A DNA stretch of 63,184 nt, the filler included. It is 12 parts of 12 records of this genome, joined end to end, with 100 filler letters (N's around TTAATTAATTAA, not from the genome) between each part and the next. Parts side by side here need not be neighbours in the genome. Positions count along the whole stretch, not along the records: positions 45,655 to 53,637 come from SRR11831586_281; positions 53,738 to 57,205 come from SRR11831586_284; positions 57,306 to 59,313 come from SRR11831586_286; positions 59,414 to 63,184 come from SRR11831586_309; 8 more parts are not named here. One strand, given 5' to 3'. Positions 45,845 to 59,446 of the stretch are shown here, piece after piece. The notes below the pieces were generated by a model, which did not search any database, was not told the DNA's origin, and saw only the letters and a program-made list of their open reading frames with translations. Each line of letters begins with the position of its first letter. Position 1 is the stretch's first letter. The translations under genes and the position numbers were made by a program.

Positions 45845-46648
45845 ATGGCTATCCCTGCATTTGGTTTAGGTACTTTCCGTCTGAAAGACGACGTTGTTAT
45901 TTCATCTGTGATAACGGCGCTTGAACTTGGTTATCGCGCAATTGATACCGCACAAATCTATGATAACGAAGCCGCAGTAGGTCAGGCGATTGCAGAAAGT
46001 GGCGTGCCACGTCATGAACTCTACATCACCACTAAAATCTGGATTGAAAATCTCAGCAAAGACAAATTGATCCCAAGTCTGAAAGAGAGCCTGCAAAAAT
46101 TGCGTACCGATTATGTTGATCTGACGCTAATCCACTGGCCGTCACCAAACGATGAAGTCTCTGTTGAAGAGTTTATGCAGGCGCTGCTGGAAGCCAAAAA
46201 ACAAGGGCTGACGCGTGAGATCGGTATTTCCAACTTCACGATCCCGTTGATGGAAAAAGCGATTGCTGCTGTTGGTGCTGAAAACATCGCTACTAACCAG
46301 ATTGAACTCTCTCCTTATCTGCAAAACCGTAAAGTGGTTGCCTGGGCTAAACAGCACGGCATCCATATTACTTCCTATATGACGCTGGCGTATGGTAAGG
46401 CCCTGAAAGATGAGGTTATTGCTCGTATCGCAGCTAAACACAATGCGACTCCGGCACAAGTGATTCTGGCGTGGGCTATGGGGGAAGGTTACTCAGTAAT
46501 TCCTTCTTCTACTAAACGTAAAAACCTGGAAAGTAATCTTAAGGCACAAAATTTACAGCTTGATGCCGAAGATAAAAAAGCGATCGCCGCACTGGATTGC
46601 AACGACCGCCTGGTTAGCCCGGAAGGTCTGGCTCCTGAATGGGATTAA
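45845..46648 (+). CDS. dkgB: 2,5-diketo-D-gluconate reductase B (aldo-keto reductase)
   Basis: IDTAQIY and LIHWP motifs. Confidence 0.96.
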
Positions 46649-47559
46649 GCCTCTCTGACAGCTCCTCCGGGAGCTGTTTTTACATGCTCGCTAAGGAAAT
46701 CGATAAAAGCCCGGATGCGCGTACTTACCGCACGGTCGCTGTAATAGACGGCACTGAATGGCATTTCCACTGGCAACACTTTATCTGCCATTAACTCCAC
46801 CAATTCTCCGCGAGCGATTTCTTTGTCGATCATGTAGTCGGACAAACACGCAATCCCGTTGCCACTCAGGCAAAGCTGTTTCAGTGTTTCCCCACTATTG
46901 GATGACAAACCGTACTTCACCTCATGTAATTGTCCATCGCTACGGGCTATCGGCCAGGTATTGAGGGAAGCGGGTTCAGTGAATCCCAGGCAAATATGTT
47001 GCTTTAAATCGTCGATCGTTTCTGGCTTCCCGTAGCGGGAAATATAATCGGGGGAGGCGATAATTTTTCGATAACTGTTAAATAACGGCCTGGCACGTAA
47101 GCTGGAATCCGTTAACGTACCAGCGCGTATCGCGACATCCACTTTTCTTTCGATCAAATTAATAATCGTTTCGGAGGAGACTAGCGACAAAGTGACTTCC
47201 GGATAGCGTTCACGGAAAGGCTTAATTAACGGCATCAGAAAGTGCAGCACCACTGGAGTTGCGGCATCGATCCGTAACAGTCCACGCGGTGTATTACGCG
47301 TCTCCATAATTTCTGATTCTGCCGCTGCCATCTCCTGCAAAATTGACTGTACGCGACGAAAATAACGCTCGCCTTCTTCCGTCAGGCTAAGTTGTCGCGT
47401 GGTCCGATTAAGCAGGCTAACGCCAAGTTTCATCTCCAGCTTTTTCACCGCCCGGCTTACCGCTGAGTTTGCTTGCCCTAATTGTTCCGCTGCCCGGCTA
47501 AAGCTGCCGCTTTCGACGACCGAAACAAAAATGGCGAGTTCTTCCGACGTGGCTTTCAT
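46645..47559 (-). CDS. yafC: LysR-family regulator
   Basis: [10 protein letters not shown]...[15 protein letters not shown]. Confidence 0.95.
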
Positions 47560-47748
47560 TTTTGCTCCTGTTGCAAAATAGAAGAGATATTTTGAATTTA
47601 TTTGTCATTAAACCATCAGGATGCGTGATATGTCATGCGATTTAATGTTCTCCATAATGAGCAAAATTCTGACCGGTGTAAGCACTTGCTTACATAACAA
47701 TATACAATTGCTCGTTGAAAGAGTGAGCTAAAATCCCTATAACAGTAG

Positions 47749-48600
<852 letters not shown>

Positions 48601-48603
48601 GGT

Positions 48604-49227
48604 ATGTCAGGTCTGCCACAGGGCAGACCAACGTTTGGCGCTGCGCAAAACGTGAGCGCGGTGGTGGCGTATGACTTATCTGCCCACATGCTGGATGTCG
48701 TGGCACAAGCTGCCGAAGCCCGGCAACTGAAAAATATCACCACCCGCCAGGGATATGCCGAAAGTCTGCCATTTGCCGATAACGCATTTGATATTGTTAT
48801 CAGCCGTTATTCTGCCCATCACTGGCATGATGTTGGTGCAGCACTGCGAGAAGTGAATAGGATATTGAAACCTGGCGGTAGGCTGATTGTGATGGACGTA
48901 ATGTCTCCGGGTCACCCAGTGCGCGACATCTGGTTACAGACGGTAGAAGCATTACGCGATACCTCTCACGTACGAAACTACGCCAGCGGTGAGTGGTTGA
49001 CGTTAATCAATGAAGCCAATCTGATAGTTGATAATTTAATTACAGATAAGTTACCGCTGGAATTTTCTTCATGGGTCGCGAGAATGCGTACGCCAGAAGC
49101 GTTAGTAGACGCTATTCGCATTTACCAACAGAGCGCATCGACAGAGGTGAGAACGTATTTTGCCTTGCAGAATGATGGCTTTTTCACCAGTGATATCATC
49201 ATGGTAGATGCACATAAAGCGGCATAA
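48604..49227 (+). CDS. yafE: SAM-dependent methyltransferase YafE, apparently N-terminally truncated
   Basis: YDLS and LPFADNAFDIVISRYSAHHW present, but no glycine-rich motif I. Confidence 0.85.
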   Translation: MSGLPQGRPTFGAAQNVSAVVAYDLSAHMLDVVAQAAEARQLKNITTRQGYAESLPFADNAFDIVISRYSAHHWHDVGAALREVNRILKPGGRLIVMDVMSPGHPVRDIWLQTVEALRDTSHVRNYASGEWLTLINEANLIVDNLITDKLPLEFSSWVARMRTPEALVDAIRIYQQSASTEVRTYFALQNDGFFTSDIIMVDAHKAA

Positions 49228-49264
49228 ATAAAAAGGCACCGGGGGAATCGGTGCCTTTTTATTA
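49228..49264. terminator. Bidirectional terminator between yafE and mltD
   Basis: AAAAAGGCACCG-loop-CGGTGCCTTTTT. Confidence 0.88.
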
Positions 49265-49273
49265 TCTGGTTTG

Positions 49274-50632
49274 TCAGGAATCTGGCATGTTGTTGTTTTT
49301 CACAAACAACGTCAGCTTATCGCCTGGTTGCAGATTCGCAGTGTCGCTGTTCCAGCGCATCACATCTTTGATGTTCACGCCGTGGCGTTTAGCAATGCTT
49401 GAAAGCGAATCGCCTTTGCGCACACGATACGTAATGCTATCGCTGTTGTTTGCCAGTCGCTGTGCGCTACTGCCTGCACCAATCGTCAAACTTTGGCCTG
49501 GCTTCAGCTTAGATCCGCGCAGTTTGTTCCACTGCTGCAAATCTTTGGTGCTTACGCCGAGACGTGAAGCGATACTTGAAAGCGTGTCGCCAGAGCGTAC
49601 GGTGTAAACACGGCTGTTAAGCGGCGTATTGTCGGCAACCAGCGTCGACTGTACAGCAGCAATTTCGCCTGAAGCCAGAGATTCACGCAGTTGATCTGCA
49701 TGCTTCTTTGGCACCATCACGTACTGCGGGCCACTTGCGCCCAGCGTGGAGCCTTTTACGCCAGCGTTGAATGTCTTCAGCTTGCTGACGGAAATCCCCG
49801 CCATATCTGCTACCTTCGCCATTTCAACCGGGCTGCTCAGGTGCACACGCGCCAGAGCACGGCTTTCATCGGTCGTTGGCAGACGTACGCCATAACGCTT
49901 GCTGTTTTTGAGAATATCACTCAATGCCAGCATTTTAGGCACGTACTGCTTCGTTTCCTGCGGCAACGGTAACGACCAGAAGTCCGTGGATTTCCCACGC
50001 GCTTTGTTCGTTTTAATTGCCTTCATGACCCGACCTTCGCCGCTGTTATAAGCCGCTACGGTCAGAAGCCAGTCGCCGTCAAACATTTTGTTCAGACGCT
50101 GCATCATATTCAGCGCGGCAGTTGTTGAAGCAACAACATCGCGACGCGCGTCATAATTGCGGGTCTGTTTCAAACCATAATTGCGCCCCGTGCTCGGAAT
50201 GATCTGCCAGATGCCTGCGGCATTGGCGCCAGACGTTGCGTGAGGATCAAAAGCGCTCTCCACTATGGGTAGTAGTACCAGTTCCATAGGCATGTTACGT
50301 TTTTTAACTTGCCCTGCTATCCAGTACATATACGGCTCTGCCCGTAAAGTTACATCGTGGAGATAGCTCTTATTGCGTAAATATTTCTGTTTCTGTTCGC
50401 GAATCCGGTCATTTTCCGGAATTCCCATCTTTAGCTCGTCGCCAATGAAAGCCCACAAGTCACCATCTGGCGCGATAGACGTCCCATCGTCCATCCATCG
50501 TGCCTGACTTGTAAACTTTGCTGCTTCCCCTTGACCAGCTGCAGAAAGGCTCTGTGCGTGCTGTTGAACGTTGCCGGTACTCTGGCAACCCACGAGCAGG
50601 ACAGAGGCGAGTAATATCGCTTTTGCCTTCAT
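49274..50632 (-). CDS. mltD: Membrane-bound lytic murein transglycosylase D
   Basis: Lipobox LVGC, SLT motif IVES, two LysM domains. Confidence 0.97.
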   Translation of the reverse strand: MKAKAILLASVLLVGCQSTGNVQQHAQSLSAAGQGEAAKFTSQARWMDDGTSIAPDGDLWAFIGDELKMGIPENDRIREQKQKYLRNKSYLHDVTLRAEPYMYWIAGQVKKRNMPMELVLLPIVESAFDPHATSGANAAGIWQIIPSTGRNYGLKQTRNYDARRDVVASTTAALNMMQRLNKMFDGDWLLTVAAYNSGEGRVMKAIKTNKARGKSTDFWSLPLPQETKQYVPKMLALSDILKNSKRYGVRLPTTDESRALARVHLSSPVEMAKVADMAGISVSKLKTFNAGVKGSTLGASGPQYVMVPKKHADQLRESLASGEIAAVQSTLVADNTPLNSRVYTVRSGDTLSSIASRLGVSTKDLQQWNKLRGSKLKPGQSLTIGAGSSAQRLANNSDSITYRVRKGDSLSSIAKRHGVNIKDVMRWNSDTANLQPGDKLTLFVKNNNMPDS

Positions 50633-50703
50633 GTGTGTGTCAATAGTTGCTTAAAAGACGACCGATCATAACGGCGAACGGAGCCGATGACAAGAAAGTT
50701 TTA

Positions 50704-51462
<759 letters not shown>

Positions 51463-51492
51463 TTACCTCTCAGTGTGAAACGGAAGGTTGTG

Positions 51493-52215
51493 ATGAAACC
51501 GGCAAGAGTCCCTCAAACTGTCGTGGCTCCTGATTGCTGGGGCGATTTGCCCTGGGGAAAGCTTTATCGCAAGGCGCTGGAGCGCCAGCTCAACCCGTGG
51601 TTCACTAAAATGTATGGTTTTCATCTGCTTAAGATTGGCAATTTAAGCGCAGAAATCAATTGCGAAGCGTGCGCGGTTTCTCATCAAGTGAATGTTTCTG
51701 CGCAAGGAATGCCCGTCCAGGTACAGGCGGACCCACTTCATCTTCCTTTTGCCGATAAATCCGTTGATGTTTGTCTACTGGCACATACATTGCCGTGGTG
51801 CACCGATCCGCATCGTTTATTGCGTGAAGCCGATCGGGTATTGATTGATGATGGCTGGCTGGTCATTAGTGGCTTCAATCCCATCAGTTTTATGGGATTA
51901 CGCAAACTTGTGCCGGTATTGCGCAAAACCTCGCCCTATAACAGCCGGATGTTTACTCTGATGCGGCAGCTGGACTGGCTCTCTTTGTTGAATTTTGAAG
52001 TGCTACACGCCAGCCGTTTCCACGTTCTCCCGTGGAACAAACACGGAGGAAAACTATTGAATGCGCATATTCCTGCGCTTGGTTGCTTACAACTTATTGT
52101 TGCCCGGAAACGGACTATTCCTTTAACGCTAAATCCGATGAAACAGAGTAAAAACAAGCCACGAATTCGCCAGGCGGTTGGAGCCACCCGGCAATGTCGT
52201 AAACCACAGGCTTAA
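51493..52215 (+). CDS. yafS: Putative SAM-dependent methyltransferase
   Basis: Conserved gloB-yafS-rnhA-dnaQ synteny. Confidence 0.92.
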
Positions 52216-52679
52216 ACTTCAACTTGGTAGCCTGTATCTTCCAGTGTGGGATTCATCGCCGCGGCACGAGCCAGTTCATCACAGCGTTCGTTTTCCGGGT
52301 GTCCGGCATGGCCTTTAACCCATTCCCATTTGATTTGATGCTGCCCCAATGCAGCATCAAGACGTTGCCAGAGATCGACATTTTTTACTGGTTTTTTGTC
52401 TGCGGTTTTCCAGCCACGTTTTTTCCAGTTATGGATCCACTGGGTGATACCCTGGCGGACATACTGGCTGTCGGTACTCAAAATGACTTCGCAATGTTCT
52501 TTTAACGCCTCCAGCGCGACAATAGCGGCCATCAACTCCATACGGTTGTTGGTGGTGCGGGTGTAGCCAGCGCTAAAGGTTTTCTCGCGTCCGCGATAGC
52601 GTAAAATAGCGCCGTAACCCCCAGGTCCTGGATTGCCCAGACACGAACCATCGGTGAAAATTTCTACCTGTTTAAGCAT
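52212..52679 (-). CDS. rnhA: Ribonuclease HI
   Basis: [21 protein letters not shown]..., 155 aa. Confidence 0.99.
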
Positions 52680-52743
52680 CTCTGGTAGACTTCCTGTAAT
52701 TGAATCGAACTGTAAAACGACAAGTCTGACATAAATGACCGCT

Positions 52744-53475
52744 ATGAGCACTGCAATTACACGCCAGATCGTTCTCGATACCGAAACCACCGGTATGAAC
52801 CAGATTGGTGCGCACTATGAAGGCCACAAGATCATTGAGATTGGTGCCGTTGAAGTGGTGAACCGTCGCCTGACGGGCAATAACTTCCATGTTTATCTCA
52901 AACCCGATCGGCTGGTGGATCCGGAAGCCTTTGGCGTACATGGTATTGCCGATGAATTTTTGCTCGATAAGCCCACGTTTGCCGAAGTAGCCGATGAGTT
53001 CATGGACTATATTCGCGGCGCGGAGTTGGTGATCCATAACGCAGCGTTCGATATCGGCTTTATGGACTACGAGTTTTCGTTGCTTAAGCGCGATATTCCG
53101 AAGACCAATACTTTCTGTAAGGTCACCGATAGCCTTGCGGTGGCGAGGAAAATGTTTCCCGGTAAGCGCAACAGCCTCGATGCGTTATGTGCTCGCTACG
53201 AAATAGATAACAGTAAACGAACGCTGCACGGGGCATTACTCGATGCCCAGATCCTTGCGGAAGTTTATCTGGCGATGACCGGTGGTCAAACGTCGATGGC
53301 TTTTGCGATGGAAGGAGAGACACAACAGCAACAAGGTGAAGCAACAATTCAGCGCATTGTACGTCAGGCAAGTAAGTTACGCGTTGTTTTTGCGACAGAT
53401 GAAGAGATTGCAGCTCATGAAGCCCGTCTCGATCTGGTGCAGAAGAAAGGCGGAAGTTGCCTCTGGCGAGCATAA
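52744..53475 (+). CDS. dnaQ: DNA polymerase III epsilon subunit
   Basis: DTETTG ExoI motif and HGALLDA. Confidence 0.99.
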
Positions 53476-53607
53476 ATACCTGTGAAAGGCGCTAAAAATA
53501 GCGACTTGGGCGATTTTTGCAGCAAACGATTCAAAAGATGAGAAAAACCGTTGACGAAGGTCGAGGCAATCCGTAATATTCGCCTCGTTCCCAACGGAAC
53601 ACAACGC

Positions 53608-53637
53608 GGAGCGGTAGTTCAGTCGGTTAGAATACCT
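53608..53637 (+). tRNA. aspV: tRNA-Asp 5' part
   Basis: GGAGCGGTAGTTCAGTCGGTTAGAATACCT; preceded by a TTGACG...TAATAT promoter. Confidence 0.9.
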
Positions 53638-53737
53638 NNNNNNNNNNNNNNNNNNNNNNNNNNNNNNNNNNNNNNNNNNNNTTAATTAATTAANNNNNNN
53701 NNNNNNNNNNNNNNNNNNNNNNNNNNNNNNNNNNNNN
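53638..53737. other. Artificial contig spacer
   Basis: N44-TTAATTAATTAA-N44. Confidence 0.99.
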
Positions 53738-53772
53738 ACACACACACATACACACACGCACACACACCGCAC

Positions 53773-55720
53773 CTCTTCGTTCTCCGCGTCCAACAGCTTC
53801 ACGAGGGGCTGCATGCCGCCCAGCTGTTCAATCTCAGCCGCATCCCGCCCGTCCGGATCCACACAATTCCCTTGCACAGCGGTCAGTTCCCAACAAACAC
53901 ACAGAAGAGCGCCCACACATGCAACACAATACAGCATAAGCTGACAGATTGACTGAGCGCAAGAGAGATCGACAGTGCGTGCCAAGGATCACACCAGCAA
54001 TTACGTATTATATAACGAAGTGACACGCTACAGAAGCATTCAAGCTTACGCCACAATCAACTGCCACGTACCGAACAGCAGCACAGCACGCTCCTGCATC
54101 TCCTCGTCCTTGGTGTTAAGCAGACCCACAATAGCTTTCAGACCGCCCAGCTTGCGCACTTCCACACCGTTCGCAGCGTCTGTATTGTGCGCAGAGACAG
54201 GCAAAAACGCAGACAAATCAGGCGAGCTGCTGAGCGGTCGAATATCCGACACGTTCCCACCACACAGATATCCCAGCGCCTACACTTACACGCAAACTCA
54301 CACTCACACACGCACCCGTCTTGAGGCACTGCAACAGTGCCCACGCTGTCATGCGCTGCACCTCACGGGACCCGCTGCTGAGCTGTGTCAGGAGCGCACG
54401 CAGTCCCCCCAGAGCGCGAATCTATCCACACAAAACGCGCCACATGGGGTCAGCTTGGTACCGACACACACATACATGCACATACACGTCCACGCGGTAA
54501 TACTATTTCCTTTCTTAACCACGCACGCACGACACTGCTGTATGGATAAAACACACGCACAACACACCTCACCCGCGTTATCCCCCTTGTCTGCGCACGA
54601 TCCCACCGCTAGTGCGGCCACCTGCTGCACGTAATCGGAGCGGGCCAGCAGCAGGGGCACAAGAGACTTGAGACCACCGTGCTTGCGGATCTCAAGGGCA
54701 CACTCCACACTGCACAACACACACACATACGTATAACAAACACGCAAACACACAGAACAAGGGGAAACAAATAGAACAAGAAGACCGCAGAAAGATCAGT
54801 AGAGCACAAATCATAGCGATGTGCGTTTTGATGTGTCACTTAACCGGGCGCCCAACAACCATCACAACCGCTCGCACGCACCGGTCCGCACACGCCGCCA
54901 GCACCATCATCACCATCTCGAGCACCTCATGCGAGCGCGCGTTGAGCAGTCCCACTAGGGCCTTGATCCCGTTGTTGTGCAGCAGCGCAGTCTTGATCGC
55001 GTCGTCGTGGTGGCAGAAGCGGCCCAGCGCCCAGGCCGCTTTTTGTTGCACATCGGCGTATTTGGAGTGAAGCAGGGCCACCAGGGCAGGCACACCGGCC
55101 AGCTCGCTGATGTTGGCGCGGCTCTCCTCTGAAGGGGACCGTGAGGTGAGTATGCGTATGTGTGCGTGTGTGTGCGTGATGTGTGTGGGGGCAGAAGGGT
55201 TGCTGACATTCAACAAACGGCACGCAACACAGCACGAAACTGGCCGACACACTCAACCGGACGCGCATATCCGACTCTCGCTGGAAGGCACGAAACTAAA
55301 TATGGATCGTTGGGAGCGGGCTATACGCTTACGTGTGGTGAGGCATCGTACCGTCATCGGCACAGTTTCCAATAGCCATCGCGGCGTACTTCTGCACTTC
55401 GGGATTGGGATTGCTCAAAAGTGCCACCAGCGGTTTCAAACCACCCAGCTTGCGAATCTCCGCCGCTGAGTCCTCTGTACGCACCACACAAGTTGTTAGT
55501 AAGGCAACGACCAGCCAACCAACATGCACGATGAGAAGCGTGACGGGCGCATTGCAGATCGGCGCAGAGGACGGTGGTAGAAATTGCACAACATACCTCC
55601 CATACTGTGGAACGCAGAGAACACTGTCGGTTTCTCATGGGCAGCGCTATGCGCCGCGGGCTTCGCACCGCCATCACTTTCCACCTTTACGCTCGCATTT
55701 ACAGCAAGCTCTGTAGACAT
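53773..55720 (-). CDS. Eukaryotic armadillo-repeat protein (3' partial). Exons 55720-55597, 55474-55352, 55128-54882, 54709-54568, 54421-54316, 54179-54072, 53870-53773
   Basis: About seven repeats of the type EIRKLGGLKPLVALL...EVQ..AA.A(I/L)G.C joined in frame by GT-AG introns. Confidence 0.85.
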
Positions 55721-55992
55721 GATTCGTCGCACAAGTACCTGTGCGCAGAAACGTTCTGAATGAGAATTGAAAGAGAACGCACACACGCTCAGACAAACCA
55801 AACACACTGGCCAAGGACCGCATGTCACAACGATCCCACGGGCCAGTGACAACTTTCCAAACCAAAAACACCTCTCCACACACCTCCAGCTGCGCATGTG
55901 AAATGCGATGGGTAAGCACCAGCCATTTGGCCTTGTTTTGCCACATTGTACTTTAGCATCCATGTACACCAGCTTCCACGATCATTGAATCG

Positions 55993-56995
55993 ATGTTACA
56001 GTCGGGGATCTTTTGGATTGCAATTCTTGCACTTCTGTGCCTGACTGCTCACGCACAGCCGCAAGGCAATTCTCCACATCTAAAATGCCAGAATCTGCGG
56101 ATGCACGGCCGTCCGGAGGAGGCTCGAGATTGTGCGAAGCTGCTGCTGAAAAAATCACCGGACGACGGCAATGCTTGGAATGAACTTGGCGAGACGTTCC
56201 GCGTCCTGCATGATTACGAGTCTGCTATGAAATGCTACCAGAAACTAACCAAGCTCTTTCCGGATGCTGCGATGGCACATGCTCAGCTTGCGTCCACGTT
56301 ACGGGAGCTCGGGCGTGTGGATGAAGCAATTGAATCGTATAATATCGCGCTGAAGCTGCAACCACAGTACCCTGCGGCGTATCACAATCTCGCCCTGTGT
56401 TACATGGAGCGGAAAGAGTGGGTAGTGGCGGAGAAGTTGCTGAAGAAGGCCATGAAACAAAAACCGCAGCAGTTTCACCAGGTGCGTGAGCGGGACTGCT
56501 CTGCTTGACTGAAGTGAATCTTGTCATACGTTTTTCATCATCGTAACACTCACCTGTTACTCACGCAGGCGCACTTCAACCTGGGCAACGTGTACCGTGA
56601 GATGCAGCGCTACCCGCAGTCTGTGCGTGAGTACGAGCTGGCGGTGGAGGAGGCGCCCGATGTCGCACTCTACCACCACAATATGGCCATGGCCCTCTAT
56701 GAGTCGGTGTGTGGCGTGTGATGTGTGTGTGTGTGTGCATGTGTGAATCTGTATATGTGCATGTATGCGTATCAAGAAGCTTGGCTGAGCTACGGGACCC
56801 CAATGTGTTGGTGGTCTCTCACGGTGTTCTCTTGCTTTCATCTCATGCAGGGGCGCCTGAATGAAGCCTCGGACGCCTTTATTCGCGCGGTGGAGCTAGC
56901 CCCTGAGGAGAGCGTATTCCCGTATAACTACGCCAATATGCTGCGGGATGCGGGCAGACTCCATGAGGCGGTGGCTATGTATGAGCGCTCAGCAG
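55993..56995 (+). CDS. Eukaryotic TPR-repeat protein with signal peptide (3' partial). Exons 55993-56481, 56569-56706, 56851-56995
   Basis: MLQSGIFWIAILALLCLTAHA leader; AWNELG, AYHNLA, AHFNLGNVY and YNYANML TPR repeats. Confidence 0.85.
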
Positions 56996-57180
56996 GTGCG
57001 TCGCAACGCGGTATATATGCGTGGTAGTGTGTGTATGTGTGTTGTGTGTCTGTGTGTGTCTGTGTGTGTTGGACAACTCATGTGTACTGCGAGGTGTAAT
57101 GTATTGTTCTCTGAGCGACAGACTACGTTGTTGTCAGAGCAATGGCAATGTGCATTAGATGTTTGATCATCTCACTACGC

Positions 57181-57205
57181 CACACACACACACACACACA
57201 CACAC
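57181..57205. repeat. (CA)n microsatellite at the contig end
   Basis: Seen directly. Confidence 0.95.
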
Positions 57206-57305
57206 NNNNNNNNNNNNNNNNNNNNNNNNNNNNNNNNNNNNNNNNNNNNTTAATTAATTAANNNNNNNNNNNNNNNNNNNNNNNNNNNNNNNNNNNNNNN
57301 NNNNN
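57206..57305. other. Artificial contig spacer
   Basis: N44-TTAATTAATTAA-N44. Confidence 0.99.
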
Positions 57306-59313
57306 TTATTTCCTGTATCATGCCGCTATTGCAGCAGCCTGCGCATTTTGAAGACGCCTTGCGTGCATGTGTCTCTGTCGTTGCTCACGGTATGTGTGGC
57401 TGCTTGTTTCCTTGTTCTCATCCTTCAACATAGCGGTTATTCATCTTCAATTTGCGCGTTCAGCTACGCTTTCATTGAACCCTCTTTGCTTTACACTCTG
57501 GCCTGATTCTTGCTGTCGTCGTGTGCTCCGTAATCTAGAGTCTCTCGCAACACAATGTGTGGCGGCTGGTTTAGTCCGTGCATGCAGCACTGTATTGTCA
57601 GCTCCATCACGAGATCCTCACATGGACAGCACGCGCACAGGCTGTCCCGTGTATACCCCCGTTGCGCAGAATACGGCTGCGCGGGTGCTGTTGCTGCTGT
57701 CAGAGCAAGGTGTGTAGATCGCTGTGTGTGCGTGTGTGCCTGTGGATCTTCTCATTAACGATCTCACACCAATTCTGTAGCTGCTCAGAGACAAGCTGTT
57801 CACGCCGACGGGGGTTTAGCGAGCGTGGCTGTATGGCTTACCACTTCCTCACAAGAACCACAATCCTCTGACAAGCTCTCAACGTTGTCGCTGGACACCG
57901 CTACGTTGTGCATGCGCGTGCTGTGCTGCTTCGTGATGGACGGTATGTGATGTGTGTAAGTGTTTTATTTTGTTTTGTTTCCATCCGTTGTTTGATTGTG
58001 CGAGGGTGCGTGTGCGTACGCATGCGAACGTCTGTATTCTACTGTATCTGATTGTAAATGCATGTGCGCGTGTGTATGTTTGTGTACATCTCACCTTGTG
58101 ATGTAAACCTCGCGTGTGAGATGGTGCTCTATGGCTGTTGTAGCGCGCACCTACAGTGTAGAGTCTGATAGAACCTGTGTATGTTTTGCTAGGTCACTTC
58201 AGAGCTGCTCTTGCTTCGTTACCCGTATCGGCGGATGAAATTGTGGCTCAATACCTCCTCTCATCTGACGTGTTCTTGCAAACGATGGCTCTGCAGCTGG
58301 GCGCGAAGCTCATATGTCCGCGTATGTGAAACACAAATTAATTTGTTTGTGAATTTTCAAAGTTGTGACACACGTACACACACCTGCATATAAGTATTAA
58401 GGCTTGCCGTTCACATGCAATTTGAAGTGTGTCGTTCGTGCCTGCTACACACACATACAAACACACACACTCACACATCACTCGTTCCCATACGTACACG
58501 GGACTGACAGTTCTGATTCTATAGCCATGGTGTCAGCGAGATTTGGGTCGAGTGTATTTTTGACCTCTCTCGAAACTCCGCGCCCCAGGTCTGCCAAGTC
58601 GCGCATGACTTCAGGTGCGTCTGACAGACAAACGAGATAGAGAGAACGAATGAGAGTGTATCGATTGTGTACAAAAGTGTGTCTGTCAATTATCGTTGTT
58701 TCGTTGTCCAACAAGTGACTACGTGCACAGCTAGCCTTTGTTTTTCTAACAAACGCTCGTCTGTTTTTGTGACGCTGTTTGGCCGGCATATACATGTGTG
58801 CGTGTGTGTGTGTGTTTCACGTGTGCGCTTGTACGTGTAGTTGATACAGTGTGTATTGTGTAGCGTCGGCAGACAGCGTGTCCGTCTCGTTAACAGACAT
58901 GGATATGAGTGAGACATTTGCAGGTACATGCTGTGTTTGTATGTGTCTGCGTAGGGGGGTGTGTGTGTGTTTTGGTGGGTCTGTTTGGGTGTGTACGTGC
59001 TTCTGCCTGTGCGCCAGTGGTGAGTTTCTTGCAGTGTGGGCCGTCTGTTTGCGTGTTTGTGGATGTCTCCTGTTTGCTGATAGGGTTTCGTTATTGACAA
59101 TCTTATGTGTGCTTGTTGTGCGTGTATGTGTGTGTGTGTTTCGTCTGTGTTAGATTCTGAGGAGCGTGACCATGTCTGTCACTACATCCGCGCTCTCATT
59201 TCGGTCTTCCAAAACTCGACCGTTCTCGGAGCCACCCGTTCCGTCGCTCCCTCGCCGCTCACCCAGACAGACGCTGCACCTGTTACGGAGGGAGATGTCG
59301 TTTCGGGTGATAC
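57306..59313 (+). CDS. Internal part of a eukaryotic multi-exon gene, possibly ARM/HEAT-like helical. Exons 57306-57389, 57539-57709, 57781-57942, 58193-58321, 58525-58614, 58864-58923, 59154-59313
   Basis: Six GT-AG introns give one continuous open frame; internal exon lengths are all multiples of 3. Confidence 0.6.
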
Positions 59314-59413
59314 NNNNNNNNNNNNNNNNNNNNNNNNNNNNNNNNNNNNNNNNNNNNTTAATTAATTAANNNNNNNNNNNNNNNNNNNNNNNNNNNNNNN
59401 NNNNNNNNNNNNN
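59314..59413. other. Artificial contig spacer
   Basis: N44-TTAATTAATTAA-N44. Confidence 0.99.
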
Positions 59414-59446
59414 AAAAAGAAAACGAAGAAATAGAGCAACACGTAC

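Noticed and set aside
37219..45845. Eukaryotic genes next to E. coli genes as inter-kingdom horizontal transfer
   Set aside because: Every transition falls on a spacer, and the bacterial contigs show intact E. coli synteny with REPs and tRNAs
52744..53475. Possible mutD mutator allele explaining the SNPs
   Set aside because: The DnaQ sequence appears wild type, with intact Exo motifs
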